Source of the DNA: Chloroflexota bacterium
GTDB taxonomy: Bacteria > Chloroflexota > UBA11872 > VXOZ01
NCBI GenBank assembly: GCA_963662335.2
Contig: CAXXVD010000002.1
Span: 480,001 to 544,000, forward strand
Length of the DNA stretch: 64,000 bases
Reading direction: 5' to 3'
Made by a program: the position numbers and the translations under genes. The notes below the pieces were generated by a model, which was not told where the DNA came from, searched no databases, and saw only the letters and a list, made by a program, of their open reading frames with translations. Positions 57,994-64,000 of the stretch are shown here, in pieces; within the stretch, counting starts at the first letter, position 1; each line of letters begins with the position of its first letter.

Positions 57994-58046
57994 ACGTAGG
58001 AGAGGGTGTTTGCCCGCCCGGACAGCGACGGGGATTCAAGATTGAA

Positions 58047-58096
58047 GCGCGAACCGGCGCTTGGCAAGTTCCAAGCGCCGGTTCGCGCCACTTTTT
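58047..58096. terminator. 18-bp perfect hairpin between convergent genes
   Basis: GCGCGAACCGGCGCTTGG-caagtt-CCAAGCGCCGGTTCGCGC, then CACTTTTT. Confidence 0.7.
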
Positions 58097-58124
58097 CCAC
58101 TCCCCACGGCCGCGGCGCATCCCT

Positions 58125-58940
58125 TCAGCGTGTTGGTTTACGGCAGCGGAGGTGGAGGAAGCAGGCGACGGCACGGGTGGCGGCGAGTTTGGGGTGGATG
58201 GCGATGGATTCGTCGCTGGCGTACGGTTCGGCGGATGCTTCTAGCGCCAGGCCGGCGGCGGTGAGCATGTTCAGCCAGTCGCTCAGGGTATGGAAGAAGC
58301 GGGGGATGCGAAACTTGGGAAAGCGCGCTTTCAGTTTGTCGGGCGCGGAGCCGAAAATCCACTCTTCGATCGTGCCCTGCTCCGAGGCAAAGTAGTCGCC
58401 GCACTCCATGGCCACCCGCCGGCCGCTCTCGTCCAGCACCCACTTGAAGCGCGGCGTCAGGAAGCACGGGTGGAGGATCGAGAACTGGAAGAAGCCGCCG
58501 GGCTTGAGGACCCGCGTCACTTCCTGGAGCGCGGCCGCCTGGTCGGGAATGTCCATCAGGCTCATAGTGGCCATGGCGAAGTCGAAACCGGCGTCGGCGA
58601 ACGGCAGGGCGACCCCGCTGGCCTGGAGGTATGCAATGCCCAGCGGCTCGGCACTTTCGGCTTGTTGGGCGTAGCGCACGAAGCGGCCGGCAATGTCCAG
58701 GGCGGTGAGGCGCGCGCCGCGTTGCGCGACCAGGCGGGTGTTGTGGCCTTCGCCGCAACCCACGTCCAGCCCGCGCAGTCCGGCCACGTCGGGCAGCATT
58801 GCCAGGAAGGCGGGCGTGTTGATGTGGTCGCGGTACTTGTCGTAGCCCAGGCGGGTGAGGGTGGTCCAGGCCTCGGCGTTTGCGTCCCAGAGTTCGCCGA
58901 CCGCGCGGTGGTCAGTGACTCTTTCGTCGTCCTTTCCCAT
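58125..58940 (-). CDS. Class I SAM-dependent methyltransferase
   Basis: LDVGCGEG, LPFADAGFD, RVLKPGG, SILHP. Confidence 0.92.
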   Translation of the reverse strand: MGKDDERVTDHRAVGELWDANAEAWTTLTRLGYDKYRDHINTPAFLAMLPDVAGLRGLDVGCGEGHNTRLVAQRGARLTALDIAGRFVRYAQQAESAEPLGIAYLQASGVALPFADAGFDFAMATMSLMDIPDQAAALQEVTRVLKPGGFFQFSILHPCFLTPRFKWVLDESGRRVAMECGDYFASEQGTIEEWIFGSAPDKLKARFPKFRIPRFFHTLSDWLNMLTAAGLALEASAEPYASDESIAIHPKLAATRAVACFLHLRCRKPTR

Positions 58941-59078
58941 GCGTGTTCCTCTTCATGCGGGTCTACGATTAGGGTGATTCAGGAGAGGGACAAGAGCAAA
59001 TGCTAGCGCATGAGCCGCCGGGCTGTAAACTGAGACGGCCGCGCACGATCTGGGGGCCTAAGTCTCTAGCGCAACGGT

Positions 59079-59333
59079 GTAGGGGCACGACATGTCGTGC
59101 CCCTACACCTGTTGGCGAGTCCCATGAAGGCGCTTTTGCGGCGCCCTGCCACGTCGCTGTAACCGCAATGGGGACAAGCCCCCGGGATACGGCGCCGGCG
59201 GGGGACAAGCCCCCGCGCTACGCTGATTCGACACAAGCCCCTGCGCTACGCTGACTCGACGCAAGCCCCCGCGCTACGCTGACTCGACGCAAGCCCCCGC
59301 GCTACGCTGATTTGACACAAGCCCCCGCGCTAC
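59079..59333. repeat. REP cluster including 5 x 28-bp half-REP tandem units (59206-59333)
   Basis: caagcccccgcgctacgctgaYtcgacR units at 59206, 59234, 59262, 59290, 59318. Confidence 0.9.
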
Positions 59334-59336
59334 GGG

Positions 59337-60899
59337 TCAGCCGCGCAGCGCGCCCCAGAAGCGGACAAGGTCCTCACGCGGCAGCGCGCGGAGGGCGATG
59401 ACAAGACCGAGATAGACGGCCCCGGCCAGCGCCATGCCGGCCATGGCGGGAAAGTCGCGCGCCAGCCAGGCCACGGCGAACATGCCAACCCCGGCCAGCA
59501 GCGGCCGCCACGCCGCGCCGGCGATGGGCAGCGCAACGCGCTGGCGGCGGGCCACGACGACGAACGGCGCGAGCAGCACGATTTCGGAGAGCACCGTCGT
59601 CACCGCCGCCGCCGCATAGCCGTAAAGCGGAATCAGGACGGCGTTGGCGGCCAGGTTGAAGGCCGTGGCGAGCGCGAAAGCAATGAGGATCCATTTTTGC
59701 TGGTCCAGGGCAATCAGGACGTATTGCGTGATGGCGTTGACATAGCTGAAGGGCAGGAACCAGATGAGAATCGCCAGCGCCGTTGCGCCGTGGGGCAGAA
59801 ACTCGTCACCGCCCAGCAGCCAAATGAAGGGCGCGGCGTAGACGCTGAAGCAGACGGCGCCGCCCACGGCCAGCACGAGCATGAATTGCAGGGCCCGATT
59901 GAGAATGCCCTGCAGGGCGGCGCGGTCGGTCTCGGCAACGCGGGAGAGCGCCGGAAAGAGCGCCAGCACGAGCGTTGACGGCAACAGGGCAAAGGCTTCG
60001 ACGTATTTGTAAGCCGCGCCGTACACGCCCACCTCAGTCTCGCCGCGCAGCAAGTGCAGCATCTGGACGTCGATGCGGAAGAAGAGGAGGTTGAGCAGGG
60101 CGTTGAGCATGAGCGGCAGGGACGCCAGCATCAGCGCGCGGGCCCGTTGCCCGTCCCAGGGCGCGGCGGCGGTCGTATCGCTGGGCAGCGCGCGCAGCAG
60201 GGCGGCGGCGGTGACGACGTTGGCGAGCAGCGCCGTGACGCCCAGTCCCACGTAGCCCCAGCCGAGGCTAATCGCCACCGTGCCCAGGCCTACCGTGAAG
60301 AGCGCGGTGGCAACCTGCACCAGGGCGGTAAAGTCCATGCGCTCGCGGGCGGCAAAGAGGGAACTGGCGGTACCGGCGGCGTTGGCCGGGATGAGCGCAA
60401 CCGCCAGCAAGCCGGCGGTGACGATGGTGGCAACCTCCGCGCGCCCGGCGTACCAATAGGCCAACATGATCAGCAGCACAGTCGGCACGGCGGCCAGCGA
60501 GAGCAGGAACCGGATGCGCCGCACCAGCGCCAGGTATGCGGGGGCCGCGTCCGGGCGCCGGCTCACGTCCCGCGTGAGCAGCACGCCGAGGCCAAAGTCC
60601 GTAAGCGGGCCAAAGTAGCCAATTACGTTGACGGCCACGGCGTAGAGGCCGTAGTCCTGCGGCCCAATGACGCGCAGGTAGTAGGCGGCAAACGCCCACG
60701 AGAGGATGCGCGCCACGACCACGGCCAGCAGCGGCACGAGCGCGTTGCGGGCTATGCGCCGCAGAAAGGCCGGCCCGGCATGAATTGCTGATTCGGCCGT
60801 TACCGTGCGCCGGGCGAGCCACCCGAACATGAGCAAGGCAAGCGCAGTGAGCGCCGCGCCGCCGCCGAGGAACAGTGCGAAGGGAATCTGCTGAATCAC
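59337..60899 (-). CDS. Wzx/RfbX-type polysaccharide flippase
   Basis: YYLRVIGP.DYG.Y, DFGL...LTR, RID..ML, VG.YGAAY; many TM helices. Confidence 0.9.
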   Translation of the reverse strand: MIQQIPFALFLGGGAALTALALLMFGWLARRTVTAESAIHAGPAFLRRIARNALVPLLAVVVARILSWAFAAYYLRVIGPQDYGLYAVAVNVIGYFGPLTDFGLGVLLTRDVSRRPDAAPAYLALVRRIRFLLSLAAVPTVLLIMLAYWYAGRAEVATIVTAGLLAVALIPANAAGTASSLFAARERMDFTALVQVATALFTVGLGTVAISLGWGYVGLGVTALLANVVTAAALLRALPSDTTAAAPWDGQRARALMLASLPLMLNALLNLLFFRIDVQMLHLLRGETEVGVYGAAYKYVEAFALLPSTLVLALFPALSRVAETDRAALQGILNRALQFMLVLAVGGAVCFSVYAAPFIWLLGGDEFLPHGATALAILIWFLPFSYVNAITQYVLIALDQQKWILIAFALATAFNLAANAVLIPLYGYAAAAVTTVLSEIVLLAPFVVVARRQRVALPIAGAAWRPLLAGVGMFAVAWLARDFPAMAGMALAGAVYLGLVIALRALPREDLVRFWGALRG

Positions 60900-60915
60900 G
60901 AACCTGCCGGGTGCA

Positions 60916-61257
60916 TCACTGCAAGAGAGCGTTGACCTTGCCTAAGACCGCGCTTACGACCTGCGTAGAAACCTGGCACGCGCAGCGAGCGCGCCTGGCC
61001 CGCCAGTCGAGGCTCTTGATTTGGTCGGCGAGCACGACACCGGTAATTTCGCCGGTAGGAGGAAGAGTGACCTCAAAGGGGTATCCTTTGACTTGCGAGG
61101 TAATGGGGCAGAACAGTGCGAGGCCGGCTTTCTCATTGTAGGCCGCCGGACTCAGCACCAGAGCGGGACGGCGGCCGGCCTGTTCGTGCCCAGACTGTGG
61201 ACTGAAGCGCAGCCGAACTATTTCGCCTCTGGCGGGAATATAGTCGCTGTCTACCAT
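60916..61257 (-). CDS. mazF: MazF/PemK endoribonuclease toxin
   Basis: P..GHEQAGRRPALVLS...YN, CPITSQ.KGYPFEV, LADQIKSLDW..R. Confidence 0.96.
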   Translation of the reverse strand: MVDSDYIPARGEIVRLRFSPQSGHEQAGRRPALVLSPAAYNEKAGLALFCPITSQVKGYPFEVTLPPTGEITGVVLADQIKSLDWRARRARCACQVSTQVVSAVLGKVNALLQ

Positions 61258-61490
61258 GCTTCGCCGCCCTGGGCCGGACCGGAATCCTGTTCAGAATGGA
61301 GATTGTCGGCTGTCACCTGAGCCAGCATATCAGCAAGATCATAGGACTCCTTGCGCAGTACGATATGATCGCCGCGCGGGATGATCTCGATCGCGGAGCC
61401 CTCGCGCACGTTCCACCGGCGCGCCACAGTCTCAGGAATGCGGATGATGAGGCTGGCGCCCAATTTGGAAACACGTAAGCGTGTGCTCAT
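61251..61490 (-). CDS. mazE: MazE/AbrB antitoxin
   Basis: KLGASLIIRIP AbrB fold, YDLADML..VT..NLH.E.D.G...G.E.W; overlaps mazF start. Confidence 0.9.
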   Translation of the reverse strand: MSTRLRVSKLGASLIIRIPETVARRWNVREGSAIEIIPRGDHIVLRKESYDLADMLAQVTADNLHSEQDSGPAQGGEAW

Positions 61491-61616
61491 GAGAACGTCT
61501 CCTTTCAGGTAATGGCACACTTTGGCGGCTGCTAGGCGGTAAGTAGAGTAGGCGCCCTCGCAAGACCGAACGCCGTGTGCGGAACAAGCGCTCTTCCCGT
61601 ATTTGAACTCGCTAGA

Positions 61617-62192
61617 TTACCGAGGAGAGGCGACGCCCTGGTACAAATCAGTCAGGTTGAGGTTGAATCCGGCCAGCGTGGGCGAAGTCAACACCTGTCC
61701 TTCGCCGTAGACGTCCACAACCCGGTAGCGCTCTTCGCGCAGAAGCAGCACCGTCACTGTCCACGCAACGGGATCCACCAACCAGTATTCGCTTACGCCG
61801 TGCCGCGCGTACAGGTCCCGTTTGCTCGTCCAGTCAGTCCTGGCAGTGGAATCGGAGAGAACTTCGACGACGAGAGCCGGCGCTCCCTGGATGTTGGCGG
61901 CGGTGACAATGTGCGCCCGCTCATTGGAGACGAAAAGCAGGTCGGGCTGCGTCACGACGGTTTCCGAGAGCACGACGTCGCAGGGAGCAAGGAGGACTTC
62001 CCCGAGACCGTTCGCTCTGACAAATGCAGAGAGCGCCCACCCGAGTTCGCGGACGACCCGCTGGTGGGCAATGTTCGGCGCGGTCTTTTCGACTAATTCT
62101 CCGTCAAGCAGTTCATAGCGGCGGTCGTCCGGCGTTTGCGCATAGTCTGCATAGGTAAGCACGGCCTTGGGCTGTGCGCTAGCCGCTTTCAT
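61617..62192 (-). CDS. Uma2-family PD-(D/E)XK endonuclease
   Basis: TYADY, RYELLDG, QPDL, P.LVVEVLS, D...K..LY...GV.EYWLVDP. Confidence 0.93.
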   Translation of the reverse strand: MKAASAQPKAVLTYADYAQTPDDRRYELLDGELVEKTAPNIAHQRVVRELGWALSAFVRANGLGEVLLAPCDVVLSETVVTQPDLLFVSNERAHIVTAANIQGAPALVVEVLSDSTARTDWTSKRDLYARHGVSEYWLVDPVAWTVTVLLLREERYRVVDVYGEGQVLTSPTLAGFNLNLTDLYQGVASPR

Positions 62193-62312
62193 TGGAACTC
62201 CTCCTCGTGACGGGGCCAACTCGTTAACTGAGATTGAGTTCGCGCCGCCTGATTGCTCCACTCTCGCTATCGAGAATAGCCGCCGCGTGGGTTGAAGGCC
62301 CGCGCATAACGG

Positions 62313-62669
62313 TCAGTCCGTTTGCGGCGGGCCGGCTTCCAGCGGATAGCCGTCTTGCTGCCAGCCGACGATGCCGGGGCCGAGGTTGTAGAGGTCTTCA
62401 AGGCCCATGGCGGCGGCGATTTCGCAGGCAACCTGGCTGCTCTGGCCCACGTCGCAGACGAAGATGATCTTGTCGTCTGCTAGAAACTCCCACGGCTTTT
62501 GCAGGAGTTCGGGCAAGGGGGCCAGGGTGGAGTTGGGGATGCGAGCCTGGGCGAATTGGATGGGCGTGCGCACGTCGATGACCTGGTACTCGCCGCTGTC
62601 GATCATCTGCCGCGCTTCCGCGCTGTCCACCGTGCCAAAAGGAATGTCGGTATCTGCTTGCTGCGCCAT
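62313..62669 (-). CDS. Rhodanese-like domain protein
   Basis: VIDVR, IP, C..G.SS, L..GI..W. Confidence 0.85.
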   Translation of the reverse strand: MAQQADTDIPFGTVDSAEARQMIDSGEYQVIDVRTPIQFAQARIPNSTLAPLPELLQKPWEFLADDKIIFVCDVGQSSQVACEIAAAMGLEDLYNLGPGIVGWQQDGYPLEAGPPQTD

Positions 62670-62986
62670 AGAGAGCCTCCGGAAAGTTAAATGCTACCGT
62701 ATCCATTCTATACGAACCGGCGCCGCTCGACACCGTTTGCGCGCTATGCCAGTTTAGCGGCCTCTTATGCAAGTAAAGGCGCTCAGGAGAGATTGCGCGG
62801 CGCGTATTTCCGGTGCGGCAGGATGGATTCGCGAGACCAATCCGCTTGCGCCGCGCCGACGCGGCCTGCGCCATTTCTCTATACTGTATGGCAATTGCGG
62901 CGACGTGGCTCATTGCTCGGACAAACGCGTAGCATGGCCGCCGTTTGGCGCATCGTCCCAATAGACATGAAAGGGAGAGTGCTCTC

Positions 62987-64000
62987 GTGAGTGACGTGTT
63001 CGATTTCGATACGTACATCATGGCGTACTACGACAAACATCCGCCTTTAATGCACTTTGCCGGCGAGAGCCGGGATGAGTGGTACGTCTGGCAGCAACGC
63101 TTACGTACCAAACTGCTTGAACTCATGGAGCCGTTTCCCGAGCAGACGCCGCTGGACGCGCGCGTCGTCGAGGAGCGGGAACAGTTCGGCGTGCACTACG
63201 AGAAAGTGGTGTATACCACCGCCGAAGACGTGCAGGTCCCGGCGTGGTTGCTCATCCCGGAGAACGTGGCAACGCCGGCGCCAGGCATCATTTGTCTGCA
63301 CGGCCACGGGGGGCCGTACGGCAAAGATCCCGTGGCGCACGTGGATCATGGCAAAGAGGAACTCGCGCGGGCGATCAAGAACTACAACTATGACTATGGC
63401 CTGCAGCTAGCCAAACGCGGCTTTGTAACGCTCTGTCCCGATGCGCGCGGCTTTGGCGAGCGCAGAGAAGGCTTTCGGCGTTTCGGCAATCGGGACGGCT
63501 GCAACGTGAACGGCATCATGACCTTCCTCTTCGGCATGAACCTCACGGCGTTGAACACGTGGGACGATATGCGCGGTCTTGACTATCTCGGGAGCCGCCC
63601 GGAAGTGGACGGGGACCGGCTCGGTTGCATCGGCTTATCCCTTGGCGGCACGCGCTCGATGTACCTCTCGGCGGTCGACGAGCGCGTAAAAGCGTCCACC
63701 GTGGTCTGCTATTTGACCACCTTCAAGCAGTACGCCCTGAAGCAGGGGAACTTCTGCGGCTCGCAGTTCGTGCCGGGGGTCTTGCGATACGCGGAAGTGG
63801 CGGACATATGCGGCCTGGTCGCGCCGCGGCCCCTCCTCATCGAGTCCGGCATACAAGACGGAGGCTTTCCGATTGAGGCGGCGCGTGAGGCGTATGCACA
63901 CTTGGAAACCATCTACGCGGCGGCGCAGGTATCGGAGAGCCTCTGGCTAGACGAATTCGACGGCGGGCACCGGTTCAGCGGCGCCAAGGCCTTCGATTTC
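62987..64000 (+). CDS. Alpha/beta hydrolase (dienelactone hydrolase / Abhydrolase_7-like), runs off the window end
   Basis: GTG at 62987 after GGGAGAG; frame reads CLHGHG, DARGFGER, GCIGLSLGG, APRP, GGH; absent from the ORF track because it has no stop in the window. Confidence 0.85.
   Translation, partial: MSDVFDFDTYIMAYYDKHPPLMHFAGESRDEWYVWQQRLRTKLLELMEPFPEQTPLDARVVEEREQFGVHYEKVVYTTAEDVQVPAWLLIPENVATPAPGIICLHGHGGPYGKDPVAHVDHGKEELARAIKNYNYDYGLQLAKRGFVTLCPDARGFGERREGFRRFGNRDGCNVNGIMTFLFGMNLTALNTWDDMRGLDYLGSRPEVDGDRLGCIGLSLGGTRSMYLSAVDERVKASTVVCYLTTFKQYALKQGNFCGSQFVPGVLRYAEVADICGLVAPRPLLIESGIQDGGFPIEAAREAYAHLETIYAAAQVSESLWLDEFDGGHRFSGAKAFDF

Noticed and set aside
59206-59333. Mini-CRISPR or TIGR-like array
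   Set aside because: The 12-bp linkers are nearly identical, the units are half-REPs, and there is no associated effector

Overview
High-GC bacterial chromosomal window, very likely Chloroflexota (Chloroflexi-type SWIM mini-protein, surface-protein repeat domain, large Alu-type SRP RNA, Tat lipoprotein SBPs). It is mostly housekeeping: pyk-rpiB-tal-pgi-zwf, proS, dnaX next to ffs, erpA/iscA, dnaE, tRNA-Gly(TCC), hisC-hppA, an RNase J-like gene, smpB, and an iron/corrinoid-type ABC cluster with Fur-like boxes and three paralogous binding proteins. Accessory content: a degenerate IS5-family element sitting in a second PaREP1 gene; a small-protein plus retropepsin pair; an AT-rich island (27.4-30.4 kb) with an IS1595 transposase remnant, a hicB-hicA-like pair and a chimeric secreted protein; and mazEF plus Uma2. 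Two observations stand out. (1) An unannotated 108-nt three-way-junction RNA starts at a promoter inside an IS1595-like end and carries sequences complementary to the downstream ribosome-binding site, so it is a candidate two-state RNA switch. (2) The intergenic DNA holds a nested set of repeats: at least six REP families, an IS4-type MITE inserted into REP hairpin centres with exact 10-11 bp target duplications, a second 146-147 bp MITE, and six tandem amplifications that all span the GTAG end of a REP. No CRISPR array, integrase or reverse transcriptase was found. All family calls come from motif recognition; no searches were run.
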